From: Gemmatimonadota bacterium
Lineage (GTDB): Bacteria > Gemmatimonadota > Gemmatimonadetes > Longimicrobiales > Gaopeijiaceae
Assembly (NCBI GenBank): GCA_039589315.1
Contig: JBDHHQ010000017.1
Coordinates: 55,618 to 119,617, forward strand
Direction of reading: 5' to 3'
Length of the DNA stretch: 64,000 nt
Shown piece after piece: positions 18,464-28,861 of the stretch. Position 1 is the first letter of the stretch; each line of letters opens with the position of its first letter. The notes beneath the pieces are model-generated. The model was given only the letters and a program-made list of their open reading frames with translations, had not been told where the DNA came from and did not search any database. The position numbers and the translations under genes are program-made.

Positions 18464-20656
18464 TCAGAGGGCGTCCTCGCTGACGAGGGGCGAAGTCGCG
18501 TTCCGGGCCCGCTCGCCAGCCCGGGTCACGACATCCGCAGCTCGCTCGATCGCCTCGACCAGCATCCCGGCCTGCTCCCGCGCGATCTCCCACTCCCCGT
18601 CTTCCATCGCCTCCCGGACGCCGGGTAACGTCTTGGCGGCGTACCCCTCGTAGTAGCCGGGTGCGTACACGAGATTGCGGTACCACGGGCGCCGCCAGAG
18701 GCCTCGCTCGTCCAGGAGCTCCCGCTCGGCCCGCATGATCAGCGCGTTGACTTCCCGCAGGGCCTGCCGGTTCGCGGCCACCCACTCGTCCCCGCCTTCG
18801 AGTGCCCGATTGAAGGCGCCGTTCGCCTCCACGCCGGCCAAACGTAGCCCTGCGTTCGCGGCCCCGATGGCCCTCAGCTCGTCTCGGAGCACACCTCCCG
18901 CGTCCATCTCGACCAGCTCGTCCACGTAGCCGGCGATGGCGTCCGCAGCGCCCGTGAAATCGAAGGGCAGGACCTCGGCGTTGGCGAGGCGCATGACCAT
19001 CCGGCCCACCATGTCCGCCTGGGCCACGCCGTAGCGGTACTCGGGGTCACCGAACCGCTGGTACCAGTGGTAAGTGTCGTAGAGCGAATGGTAGATCCCG
19101 TTGCCTTGCCCGTAGCCCAGGCTCAAGGAGGGTACCCCCAGGTGATCCAGGAAGACGGTGTAGTCCGAGCCCGAGCCCAGGGCTCCGAGTCGCACGGGTG
19201 CACCCGGGTCCTGCTCGGACCACGCATCGAAGAGGGTCGCGGCCTCCGGGTGGCCGGCGTCGCGAGACGTCTCGATGACGAATCGTTCCATCGAGTGGTT
19301 CCCGCTGGCGCTCCATCCCCCTGCTGTGTAGGACTCACGATTGATGTAGGCGATCATATTCCCCTTCAACTCATCGGCGAACTGCTCGCCCCACTCCGTC
19401 GAGCCCAACAGGAAGAAATCCTCGCCGCCCCAGCTTCCGAACACGATGCTGCGGCGAGGCTGAAAGCCCTGCTCCAGCGCCGCGGCCACGCCTCGAGCGG
19501 TTTCAAGGAGCGAGACTGCGCCGCTGGTGGGGTCCCTCGCGCCCAGCACCCAGGAGTCCCGGTGGCCGGCGGCCAGAACGAACTTGTCGGGCTCCTCGGT
19601 CCCCTCGATCCTGCCGAACACGTTCCACACCGGGCGCTGCCGATAGTCGTACTCGACGTGCATCTCGACCCGGGCAGGGCCGGGGCCGAGGTGGTAGGTG
19701 AGGGGAAGACCACCCTGCCACTCCTCCGGCACTACGTCGCCCTCCACGTGGCGCAGGATCTTGAGCGCCTCACCGTAGGAGATGGGTTGCACGGGGATCT
19801 TCTGGATCGTGGCAGCGTCCTCCAGCGCGAGGCGTTCCACTCCGGGGATGGAGGGCTCGAAAGGAGTCAGCGGGTCACCGGGATAGATGGGGACATCCAG
19901 AAAGCTCCCCCGCTGGATGCCCTCCCAAGGCCGCCAGCGTCCGTTGGGGTAGATGTCTCCCCGGACGTAGCCGTCGTCTTCCGGATCGGAGTAGATCACC
20001 ACCCCGACCGCCCCCCGCTCGGCAGCCATCCGCACCTTCATGCCCCGCATCTGCCCGGGCGTCCCACCGTATCGAACCAGCACGATCCGGTCCTCCAGCG
20101 ACACACCCATCTCGTCGAGGAGCCGGTAGTCACCGATACGACCATAGTTGGCATACACGACCTCGCCGCCGGCGTCACCCGGGGTCACGTATGCCGCCAT
20201 ACCTGGAAGTCCGTTCTCCACGTAGGTATCCGGGTCTTCCGGGATGGGCGGCTCGTCTACCTCCAGGTCGACGACCTCGGGGTGTACGAGACGAAGGCGC
20301 AAGTCGCCCGGCCAGGGGACCAGGACGTCGTACTTGACCATCTCGGTCTCGAAACCGAACCCGTCCCACAGATCGCGCAGGTAGACGGCGAGGCGGTAGT
20401 TCTCCTCGGTACCGGCGTGGTGGGGTGCGCGGGTGAGCTCGTAGTGATACGCCCGCATTCTCGCGCCGTCGGGCACCGCGGCCATCACGGCTTCCCAGGC
20501 CAACTGGCGCGCGGAGCCCGCGGCGGTGAAGCCCATGAGACCGGTAGGCTCCTGGGCGTCCCCCGCCCCGGTTACGGTCAGGAATGAGACCGACGCGAAG
20601 AGCGCCACAGGGATGAGGCGTGAAGAAGTCACCCGCGGGACGCCGGTGGTCGTCAC
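18464..20656 (-). CDS. M28 glutamate carboxypeptidase II-like peptidase (PA domain plus transferrin-receptor dimerisation domain)
   Basis: PHHAGT, YANYG, IYSDP, GHRDSW, GARDP.SG, GSGSDY, YHSLYD and RPWYRNLVYAPG motifs. The GTG start overlaps the upstream stop. Confidence 0.9.
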   Translation of the reverse strand: MTTTGVPRVTSSRLIPVALFASVSFLTVTGAGDAQEPTGLMGFTAAGSARQLAWEAVMAAVPDGARMRAYHYELTRAPHHAGTEENYRLAVYLRDLWDGFGFETEMVKYDVLVPWPGDLRLRLVHPEVVDLEVDEPPIPEDPDTYVENGLPGMAAYVTPGDAGGEVVYANYGRIGDYRLLDEMGVSLEDRIVLVRYGGTPGQMRGMKVRMAAERGAVGVVIYSDPEDDGYVRGDIYPNGRWRPWEGIQRGSFLDVPIYPGDPLTPFEPSIPGVERLALEDAATIQKIPVQPISYGEALKILRHVEGDVVPEEWQGGLPLTYHLGPGPARVEMHVEYDYRQRPVWNVFGRIEGTEEPDKFVLAAGHRDSWVLGARDPTSGAVSLLETARGVAAALEQGFQPRRSIVFGSWGGEDFFLLGSTEWGEQFADELKGNMIAYINRESYTAGGWSASGNHSMERFVIETSRDAGHPEAATLFDAWSEQDPGAPVRLGALGSGSDYTVFLDHLGVPSLSLGYGQGNGIYHSLYDTYHWYQRFGDPEYRYGVAQADMVGRMVMRLANAEVLPFDFTGAADAIAGYVDELVEMDAGGVLRDELRAIGAANAGLRLAGVEANGAFNRALEGGDEWVAANRQALREVNALIMRAERELLDERGLWRRPWYRNLVYAPGYYEGYAAKTLPGVREAMEDGEWEIAREQAGMLVEAIERAADVVTRAGERARNATSPLVSEDAL

Positions 20657-21783
20657 CGCCCCAGGATCTCCCCGAGCGCCGCGATCAGGTAGCGGACGTT
20701 GCGCTCGCTGCAGCTGTGACCCATCAGCCCGATGCGCCACGCCTTGCCCTTCAGCGGCCCGAAGCCTCCCACGATCTCGATGCCGTATTCCCTCAGCAGA
20801 CGGTTGCGAACGGAGGCGTCGTCGACACCGTCCGGGATCATGACGCAGGTGAGCATGGGCAGGCGGTTGTCGGGGTCGCCGAACAGCTCGAGACCCAGTC
20901 CGGTGAGCTGCTCCTTCAGCAGGTCGCCACACCTCTGATGCCGAGCCACCCGGGTCTGCAGACCCTCTTCTTCGATGAGTCGCAGCGCCTCTCTCAAGGC
21001 GAAGACCAAGGGCCCGGGTGCCGTGTGGTGGTACTTCCGATCCGCGAACCAGTACTGACGGATCAGCTGGAGGTCCAAATACCAGGTGTCCGGCGGAGCG
21101 CTCCGGGACTCGATCGCCCGCATCGCGCGGTCGTTCAGGGTGATGCAGGAGATGCCCGCTGGGCCGCCGATGCACTTCTGTCCACCGCTGTAGCAGATGT
21201 CGATGAGGAAGTCGTCGGTCCTGATGTCGGATCCGCCGAGAGAGCACACGGTGTCCACGAGGAAGAGCTTGTCGTGCCGACGCACGACGCGGCCGATCTC
21301 GGCGAGGGGCTGACCGATGCCCGACGACGTCTCGCCGTGAATGACTCCCACCATCTTGGCGTCGGGGTGGGCCCCGAGCGCCGCCTCGATCTGATCTGCC
21401 TCCACGACCTGACCGAAGTCCACCTCCACCCGGATCGCCGTCCCCCTGTGGCGCTCGACGATCTCGGCCATTCGCTGTCCGAAGAAGCCGTGGATCCCGA
21501 CGATCACCTCGTCGCCGGGCTCGACCACGTTGCTGATGGCCGCCTCCATTGCCGCCATCCCCGTGCCCGGCAAGCTGATCGTCATCTCGTTCCGGGTCTG
21601 GAAAAGGTGCCGCAGGAGCGACATGGTCTCGTCCATGACGACCAGGAAGTCGGGGTCGACGTATCCCAGGACCGGGCTGGCCATGGCCTGGAAGACACGG
21701 GGGTGCATGTTGCTGGGACCGGGACCCAGCAGCACGCGAGGTTGGTGGCGCAGCTGTTGGTAGGTCTGAGCGTCGGTGGTCAT
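20653..21783 (-). CDS. Class V PLP-dependent alanine-glyoxylate / serine-pyruvate aminotransferase
   Basis: LLGPGPSN, HGETSSG, VDTVCSLGG, SGGQKC (PLP lysine), YHHT, WRIGLMG. Confidence 0.92.
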   Translation of the reverse strand: MTTDAQTYQQLRHQPRVLLGPGPSNMHPRVFQAMASPVLGYVDPDFLVVMDETMSLLRHLFQTRNEMTISLPGTGMAAMEAAISNVVEPGDEVIVGIHGFFGQRMAEIVERHRGTAIRVEVDFGQVVEADQIEAALGAHPDAKMVGVIHGETSSGIGQPLAEIGRVVRRHDKLFLVDTVCSLGGSDIRTDDFLIDICYSGGQKCIGGPAGISCITLNDRAMRAIESRSAPPDTWYLDLQLIRQYWFADRKYHHTAPGPLVFALREALRLIEEEGLQTRVARHQRCGDLLKEQLTGLGLELFGDPDNRLPMLTCVMIPDGVDDASVRNRLLREYGIEIVGGFGPLKGKAWRIGLMGHSCSERNVRYLIAALGEILGR

Positions 21784-21971
21784 GGAATATCCAGGTCAGT
21801 TCGGTGATCGGGGTAGCCCCAGCGCTCGGGTCGCCGCTGCCGGCCGGAGAGGCCGATGGGTGACAGCCAGCCGCTCCCTCACTTTGCCCACCGGAGCCCC
21901 GGCCTGCAAGGCGACGCGTGGCGTGCCCCCTTCCTCGACGCGGCCTACCCCACCGACCCATGTTCCTCCGT

Positions 21972-22712
21972 ATGCATCCCGCGTTCGCTGAAACGGGACA
22001 CCGACCCTGGCCTTTGCCCAGGGGGCCCTGGGCGTGGCGCCAGTCCTGGCACGACCTGGCGTTCGTCCACTGGCCGGTCCCGGCGGAGAGGTTGGAGCCC
22101 TTGGTCCCGGCCGGACTGGACCTGGACGTGCGGAACGGCGTCGCCTGGATCGGGGTGGTCCCCTTCCACATGAAGGGCGTGACCCACCGGCCGCTTCCCG
22201 CCGTTCCGGGCCTCTCGGCGTTCCCGGAGCTGAATCTTCGTACCTATGTGCGTATGGGGGACAAGCCCGGCGTGTGGTTCTTCAGCCTCGACGCCGCGAA
22301 CCGGCTCGCCGTCTGGACGGCACGAACCCTGTTCAGCCTCCCGTACGTCTTCGCGCGGATGCGGGTCACGGCGGACGGGGATTGGATCCGGTACCGCTCC
22401 GTCCGGCTCGACGATCCCGTGGGTCTACGCTTCGAGGCCAGCTACCGACCGATCGGGCCGGTGTTCCGAGCCGAGAGGGGGTCTCTGGAGCACTGGCTCA
22501 CCGAACGCTACTGCCTGTACAGCGTGGGGTCCGGCGGACGGCTGCGCCGGGCGGAAATCCACCACCGGCCCTGGCCTCTGCAACCCGCGGAGATCGACGT
22601 GGACTCGAACGAGCTCCTCGAGCCGCACGGGTTGAGCGTGGAGGGTCCCCCGGCCCACGTCCTGTACGCACAGGAGATCGCCGTGGTCGTCTGGCCGTTG
22701 CGACCGGCCTGA
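21972..22712 (+). CDS. DUF2071 / YqjF family protein
   Basis: QSWHDLAFVHW, FPELNLRTYV, GVWFFSLDA, WLTERYCLY, HHRPWPLQ. Confidence 0.9.
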   Translation: MHPAFAETGHRPWPLPRGPWAWRQSWHDLAFVHWPVPAERLEPLVPAGLDLDVRNGVAWIGVVPFHMKGVTHRPLPAVPGLSAFPELNLRTYVRMGDKPGVWFFSLDAANRLAVWTARTLFSLPYVFARMRVTADGDWIRYRSVRLDDPVGLRFEASYRPIGPVFRAERGSLEHWLTERYCLYSVGSGGRLRRAEIHHRPWPLQPAEIDVDSNELLEPHGLSVEGPPAHVLYAQEIAVVVWPLRPA

Positions 22713-22836
22713 GGGAAACGGAAGGTTCCCGACAGACTCGAGCCGGGCACCGCGCTAGTCTTGCGAGCAATCGAAAACCAGCCGAGGGGCGCCAATGCGG
22801 CGGGAGCCACCCGCCCACGCTCGAGAGGGATGGACA

Positions 22837-24878
22837 ATGAGGACCGCACTCACCGCCGCCGGCCTCGCCGTCACGCTGATGGCAACGGCTGGTACGGAGC
22901 AATCTATGAATACAAGCGATGCCACCACCGTCGATACCGCCCAGGGCAACGTTCTGCTCGAGGAGTGGACGGGTGGGTATGGCGGAGTCCCGGCATTCGG
23001 CCGCATGGACCTCGAGGCGCTGGAACCCGCCCTGGTCGCGGCGATGTCCAGCAGTCTCGTAGAGATCGACGCGATCGCGGAGTGTCCGGATGCGCCGACC
23101 TTCGAGAATACCATCGAGGCCATGGAAAGGGCGGGCCGGGATCTGCAGCGCGTGCTCACGTACTGGGGAATCTGGAGCTCGAACCTGTCGTCGCCGGAGT
23201 TCCGGGCCATCCAGAAGAGGATGGTGCCGCAGCTGTCCGAGTTCCAGTCGAAGATCACCCAGAATCGGGACCTGTTCGACCGCATCGAGGCCGTCTACCA
23301 GAGTCCGGAGCTTTCGGCGCTCCGGCCCGACCAACGGCGGCTGGTCTGGCTGACCTATGATCGCTTCGCGCGAAACGGCGCGACCCTCGAGGGCGAGGCC
23401 AAAGAGCGCTACACGGCCATCAACCGGCGGCTCGCGGAGCTGCACACGCAATTCGCGAACAACGTGCTGGCCGACGAGGAGGGGTACGTCCTGTTCCTGA
23501 ATCAGGACCAACTTTCCGGCTTGCCGACGTCGTTCGTGCAGGCGGCGGCGGCTGCCGCCGCCGATCGAGGCCGGGCAGGGGAGTACGCGATCACGAACAC
23601 TCGCTCCTCCATGGATCCGTTCCTGACGTTCTCGGACGAGCGCGACCTCCGTAAAAGGGTCTGGAAGACCTACTACAGCCGCGGCGACAACGGAGACGAG
23701 TACGACAACAACCGGGTCCTGGCGGAGATCCTGCGGCTCCGACACGAACGGGTCGGCCTCCTTGGATACGACAACTACGCACAGTGGCGGCTCGAAGACC
23801 GGATGGCCAAATCGCCCGAGCGAGCGTTCGAGCTCCTGCACGCAGTGTGGCCGGCGGCCCTGGCCCGCGTCGAGCAAGAGGTGGCCGACATGCAGGCCGT
23901 GGCGGACGCACAGGGCGCCGGGATCGCCATCGAGCCATGGGACTACCGCTACTACGCGGAAAAAGTCCGCAAATCGAAATACGACCTGGACTCGGACGAG
24001 GTGAAGCAGTACCTGCAGCTCTCCAAGCTCATCCCTACGCCAGACCGGGTAAGCGGTCGGGTGCGTGGGCCACCACCTACCGCGGCCACGAGACGTTCGA
24101 CGGCGAGCGTACGGTCCTGGGGTCGAACAACTCCAACTTCATCAAGGGCGCCCCCGGCGAGGCCGTGCTGATCTCGTGGAGTGACGCGGAAACCCTGTTC
24201 CACGAGTTCGGGCACGCCCTCCACTACTTCTCCTCCAACGTGGCCTACCCCACGCTGAACGGAGGCGTCCGGGACTACACGGAGTTCCAGTCACAGCTCC
24301 TCGAGCGCTGGCTGTTGACCGACGAGGTCATCGACCGATACCTGGTGCACGTGGATACGGGTGAGCCGATGCCCGAACAGCTCGTGGCGAGGATCAAGAC
24401 CGCGGCGACGTTCAACCAGGGTTTCACCACCACCGAGTACCTCGCTTCGGCACTCCTGGACATGATGTACCACACCACGGACCCGGCCGGGATGGACGCC
24501 GACACGTTCGAGCGCGATGCGCTGGCGCATCTCGACATGCCTGCCGAGATCGTCATGAGGCATCGGAGTCCTCACTTCGGACACATCTTCTCCAGCGAAA
24601 GCTATGCGGCGGGTTACTACGGCTACATCTGGGCCGACGTGCTGACCGCAGACGCGGCGGAAGCGTTCGCAGAGGCGCCGGGTGGGTTCTACGACGAGGA
24701 GCTGGCGAAGAAGCTGGTCGAGCACCTGTTCGCCGTTCGCAATGCGGTGGACCCGGCCGAAGCCTACCGGGCCTTCCGGGGGCGAGACGCCGGGATCGAC
24801 GCGCTCATGCGAGATCGCGGCTTCCCGGTCCCGGTGGAGAAGCGGCGGGCGGTCGAGCCCTTCGGCGGCGCGCGCTAG
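22837..24878 (+). CDS. dcp: M3 family peptidyl-dipeptidase (Dcp-like); frame broken at about 24030 in this sequence
   Basis: PTFENTI, RMAKSPE and PWDYRYYAEK in the first frame. PYARPGKRSGAW, the FHEFGHALH zinc motif and FGHIF...YAAGYY in a second frame. Confidence 0.88.
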
Positions 24879-24887
24879 CTCGGGGTC

Positions 24888-24934
24888 GGTGCTCCGAGTG
24901 CCCGGGCCGGATGGCGCCGAGCGCTCGGGGCACC
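24888..24934. terminator. Long imperfect hairpin between convergent dcp and ridA-like genes
   Basis: GGTGCTCCGAGTGCCCGG ... CCGAGCGCTCGGGGCACC inverted repeat with three non-Watson-Crick positions. No U-tract. Confidence 0.35.
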
Positions 24935-24950
24935 ACCGTCGGAGACCCGG

Positions 24951-25349
24951 TCAGGGTCGATACGCGATCGCGTCGATTTCCACCCGCAGGCCCGGATCGG
25001 GGAGAGAGGCCACCTGTACGGTGGTCCGTGCGGGCCGGTGGTCGCCGAAGACCTGGGCGTACACGGCGTTCATGGCCCGGAAGTCGCGCATGTCCACCAG
25101 GAACACGCCGCACCGCAGCACGTGGGCCAGGTCGGTTCCCGCCGCTTCCAGGATTGCCGCCATGTTCCTGAATACCTGCCGGGTCTGCGTGTCGACGTCG
25201 GGTCCCGCGAGCTTCCCCGTTCTTGGATCGGTGGCCCCCTGGCCCGAGACGATGACGAGGCGATCGAGGATCATGCCGGGCGAGTAGGGACCGACGGGCT
25301 CCGGCAAGCCGGACGCGACGACAGGCTGGTGAGAGACGGGGTGGGTCAT
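24951..25349 (-). CDS. RidA/YjgF family enamine-imine deaminase
   Basis: PVGPYS, SGQ, MNAVY..F....PART.V, VEIDAIA motifs; ATGA overlap with the upstream gene. Confidence 0.9.
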   Translation of the reverse strand: MTHPVSHQPVVASGLPEPVGPYSPGMILDRLVIVSGQGATDPRTGKLAGPDVDTQTRQVFRNMAAILEAAGTDLAHVLRCGVFLVDMRDFRAMNAVYAQVFGDHRPARTTVQVASLPDPGLRVEIDAIAYRP

Positions 25350-28300
25350 CGGCGTGCTCCGGGTGTCCACGGCGCTCCGGCCGCGGCGAGGTCGGTTTCG
25401 AGGCTGGACAGCTCGTCCTGGATCAGGGCCGTCAGGTCGCGGTCGAGCTCGGCGAAGCGGTCCCGGGCGATCTCGAGGTTGTCGCGCTGGGTTTCCGTGG
25501 GCATCTGCCTGGTGCCCCAGTGACCGCTGATCACGAGCGCTACCCGGCCGCGTATGGACGGCTCGCTCGCTTCGTTGAGTCGCCCTCGCACGGGATCCCC
25601 CGTGAGACGCGTCTGGAGCTCGTCGAGAGACGCCTCGATCTCGTCGACGCGGCTGAAGAGCTCGGGATCGGCCCGGGGGGTCTCGACCAGCGCGGCCCTC
25701 ATGTGGCGCAGCGCTTCCCGCACTCGCTCGATCTCCTCGCCTGCGCCGGCCACGCGCCGCATGACGTCGCTGGCGGCTTGCTGAAACCCGGCGACCACGT
25801 CGAAGTCCGTTCCCGCGGGGGCGCTCGGCACGGCCTTGACCTCGAACTCCTGGGGTGCGCCCAGCGGTTGCACGCCCGCGCTCGAGAGGAGGGCCAGCTC
25901 CACCCGGTATCGGCCTGGGGGAACCAGTGGGCCACGGGGGGGCGTCATCCACGGTGGGGTGAAGCCGGGGGTCTCCAGGTCGACGGGGTCCGGGGGCGGT
26001 CTTCGTAAGTCCCAGCTGACTCGATGGAGCCCCTCCTCGGCCGGCCCTTCCAGTCGGCGTATCGCCTCGCCCTGGGTGTCCATGACCGTCAAGAACACCC
26101 GGGGCTCGCTCTCGCCTGCCTCACGGCTGAGCTGGTCCCAACCAGGGAAAGGGGCGTCTTGGCCTCGTTCCCGCAGGTCCTTCTCGGCCGTGCGACGCGC
26201 GTCTCGCTCCGTTGAGGGGACCTGGACCAGGTGGTACGTGAACGATGCCCCGAACGGGGGGTTGGACGCCGTGAAGTCGGTGCTGCCCAGCGTTGGCTTG
26301 CCGCGGGCCTGCATCGGTACGTACGGCACGTACCACCAGGCGTCTCGAACCGGAAAGAGATGCGCGTCGTCGCTCGAGACGCCCCGGGCGATGTCGCGGA
26401 GCGGGCCATAGTCATCGAGGACGTAGAATCCCCGGCCGAATGTCGCGCCCACCAGGTCGTCGTCCCGGCGGTGCAGCTTCAGGTCCCGGAACGCGATCGT
26501 GGGCACGCCGCCGCTCAGCTCGTGCCAGGCGGCCCCTCGGTCGAGGGTGACGTAGAGCCCGAACTCCGTGCCCGCGAAGAGCAGATCCGGATCCACGTGA
26601 TCCTGCTGTAGGGCCCACACGATGGTCGCGTCCGGCAGGTCACCGCCGATGGAGCGCCAGCTGCGGCCCCGGTCGCGGCTTTCGAACACGAAGGGCCTGA
26701 AGACCCCGGTCTTGTGGGCGTCGGCCACCACGAACACCGTGCCGGCGTCGTGCAGGGATGCCTCGACGTCGTTGACGAAGGAGAGCTCGGGGACGCCAGG
26801 GAGCGGAGCCGCCTGCCTCCAGCTTTCCCCACCGTCCTCGCTCACCTGGACCAGCCCGTCGTCGGTGCCCACGTACAAGACGCCCTCCGCCACGGGCGAT
26901 TCCGATAGGGCCGTGATCGTGCCGTACATGGACATGGCGCCGTTGTCGTAGAGCGCGTCCACGCTCCAGACCCGTCCCATCAGTTCGAGTTCGTAACGGT
27001 TCCGGTCCCGGGTCAGATCACCGCTCACGGGTCTCCACGAGTCGCCCTGGTCGTCGCTCCGCCAGAGTCTCTGAGAGCCGAAGTAGAGGCGGCTGGGGTC
27101 GTGGGGGCTGATGAGGATGGGCGAATCCCAGTTCCACCGCTCCGGGGGGTCGCCGGGGGCGGGCTGGGGCTGGATCTGAAGGGCCTCCTCGCTGCGCCGA
27201 TCATACCGGTACAGGTTCCCGACCTGGGTCTCGAGGTACAGCGTGTGGGGATCGTTCGGGTCGATGGCCACGCCGTATCCGTCGGCCCCCATGGGTGCGT
27301 ACCAGTCCCGGTTCCGGATCCCCTCGACATTGAGCGTGCGGGAGGGGCCAAAGAGCGTGCCCAGATCCTGGGCGCCGCCGAGCACGTTGTAGAACGGCTC
27401 GGAGTTGTCCAGGGCCAGCTTGTAGAACTGGGACACGGGCAGGTTGGGGAAGTGACGCCACGTGGCTCCCTCGTCGAACGTCTCGTAGAGACCGGCGTCC
27501 GTCCCGGCGATCAGGTGCTGCCCGTCGTCGTGATCGATCCAGAGCGCGTGGTTGTCGCTGTGCTTCTCACGGCCGGTGCCCAGGAAGTCGAAGGTGGCGC
27601 CACCGTCCCGGGTCACGTGGAAGAAGACGTCCATCTGATAGACCAGGTCGGGGTCGGTGGGCGATGCCTCGATCTCCTGGTAGTAGTGAGGGCCGGTCCC
27701 TCCCGAGATGTAGGGGTTCCGGCGCTCCCAGCTCTCGCCCTTGTCCCTGGAGCGATAGAAGCCCCGCTCCTCCTCGTCGGCCTCGATGGTCGCGTAGACC
27801 AACGACGGATCTGCCGGGGTCACCGCGAGGCCGATCTTGCCCATCTCGCCCTCGGGGAGCCCTTCCTGGATCCTCCGCCAGCTCTGTCCCGCGTCGGTGG
27901 ACTTGTAGATCCCGGACTCGGGTCCGCCGGCCAGAAGCGACCAGATGTGCCGCCGGCGTTGATAGGCGGCGGCGTAGAGAACGTCCGGGTTCGCCGGATC
28001 GAACTCGAGATCCGTCACGCCCGTGTTCTCGTCGATCTCGAGCACATGGGCCCACGTGGCTCCGGCGTCCGTGGTCTTGTAGACTCCGCGGTGTCCGTGG
28101 GAGGACCAGAGCGGGCCTTCGGCGGCAACGAACACCACGTCGCCATCCCGCGGGTCCACCAGGATCTTGCCGATGTGCTCCGACGCTTCGAGGCCCAGGC
28201 GTTCCCAGGTTGCCCCGGCGTCTCGGCTCCGGTAGACGCCGTCGCCCCACCCCACGTGGCGACCACTGACGTTCTCACCCGTGCCGACCCAGACCACCTG

Positions 28301-28642
28301 GGGATTGCCCGGATCCAGGGCCACCGCTCCGATGGAGTACGAGGGCTGATCGTCGAAGATGGGCTTCCAGGTGACGCCCGCATTGGTCGTCTTCCACAGT
28401 CCGCCGGAGCCCGCCGCCACGTACCAGGTGGCGGAGGCGTGAGGGTGGACGGCGATGTCGGCGATGCGCCCGCCCATGACCGCGGGACCGATGCCACGGA
28501 GCTTCAGGCTCGCGATAGTCTCCCGGATCACCTGGGCGTCGGCCGCCCCGGCCTCTCCAGCCTGCGCGGCCACCGGTCCACTCCCCGGCAGCGTCATTGC
28601 ACAGAGGAGAGTGACTCCAGCTCCGAGCCTGACGTTGCTCAT
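25346..28642 (-). CDS. VPS10/sortilin-like BNR-repeat glycosyl hydrolase, exported
   Basis: RGIGPAVMGGRI motif; many S/T-x-D-x-G-x-T/S-W Asp-boxes; C-terminal coiled coil; signal peptide after the ATG at 28642. Confidence 0.9.
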   Translation of the reverse strand: MSNVRLGAGVTLLCAMTLPGSGPVAAQAGEAGAADAQVIRETIASLKLRGIGPAVMGGRIADIAVHPHASATWYVAAGSGGLWKTTNAGVTWKPIFDDQPSYSIGAVALDPGNPQVVWVGTGENVSGRHVGWGDGVYRSRDAGATWERLGLEASEHIGKILVDPRDGDVVFVAAEGPLWSSHGHRGVYKTTDAGATWAHVLEIDENTGVTDLEFDPANPDVLYAAAYQRRRHIWSLLAGGPESGIYKSTDAGQSWRRIQEGLPEGEMGKIGLAVTPADPSLVYATIEADEEERGFYRSRDKGESWERRNPYISGGTGPHYYQEIEASPTDPDLVYQMDVFFHVTRDGGATFDFLGTGREKHSDNHALWIDHDDGQHLIAGTDAGLYETFDEGATWRHFPNLPVSQFYKLALDNSEPFYNVLGGAQDLGTLFGPSRTLNVEGIRNRDWYAPMGADGYGVAIDPNDPHTLYLETQVGNLYRYDRRSEEALQIQPQPAPGDPPERWNWDSPILISPHDPSRLYFGSQRLWRSDDQGDSWRPVSGDLTRDRNRYELELMGRVWSVDALYDNGAMSMYGTITALSESPVAEGVLYVGTDDGLVQVSEDGGESWRQAAPLPGVPELSFVNDVEASLHDAGTVFVVADAHKTGVFRPFVFESRDRGRSWRSIGGDLPDATIVWALQQDHVDPDLLFAGTEFGLYVTLDRGAAWHELSGGVPTIAFRDLKLHRRDDDLVGATFGRGFYVLDDYGPLRDIARGVSSDDAHLFPVRDAWWYVPYVPMQARGKPTLGSTDFTASNPPFGASFTYHLVQVPSTERDARRTAEKDLRERGQDAPFPGWDQLSREAGESEPRVFLTVMDTQGEAIRRLEGPAEEGLHRVSWDLRRPPPDPVDLETPGFTPPWMTPPRGPLVPPGRYRVELALLSSAGVQPLGAPQEFEVKAVPSAPAGTDFDVVAGFQQAASDVMRRVAGAGEEIERVREALRHMRAALVETPRADPELFSRVDEIEASLDELQTRLTGDPVRGRLNEASEPSIRGRVALVISGHWGTRQMPTETQRDNLEIARDRFAELDRDLTALIQDELSSLETDLAAAGAPWTPGARR

Positions 28643-28861
28643 CGGCGATGCCTCGCGGGAGCGTGGTTGACGAAGCCTCGCAGGGGATGTGGCACAGCGT
28701 GCACGGGTCCGTACCCTTTCTCGAGGAGGCGAGGGCGGCCAATGTAGGGGGATCGGGCCAGTGTCCACAAAACGTGGGCGAGAGTCTCGACACGGCGGGT
28801 ACTCCGTGCCCACATTTGGCCCCCGCCTCCCAATCGCCTCGCCTTCCGCTGGAGGTGCCCC

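Noticed and set aside
18464..22171. 1235-aa ORF as a single fusion protein
   Set aside because: Its N-terminal ~500 aa is an alternative-frame read over the aminotransferase and DUF2071 genes. The M28 gene starts near 20656.
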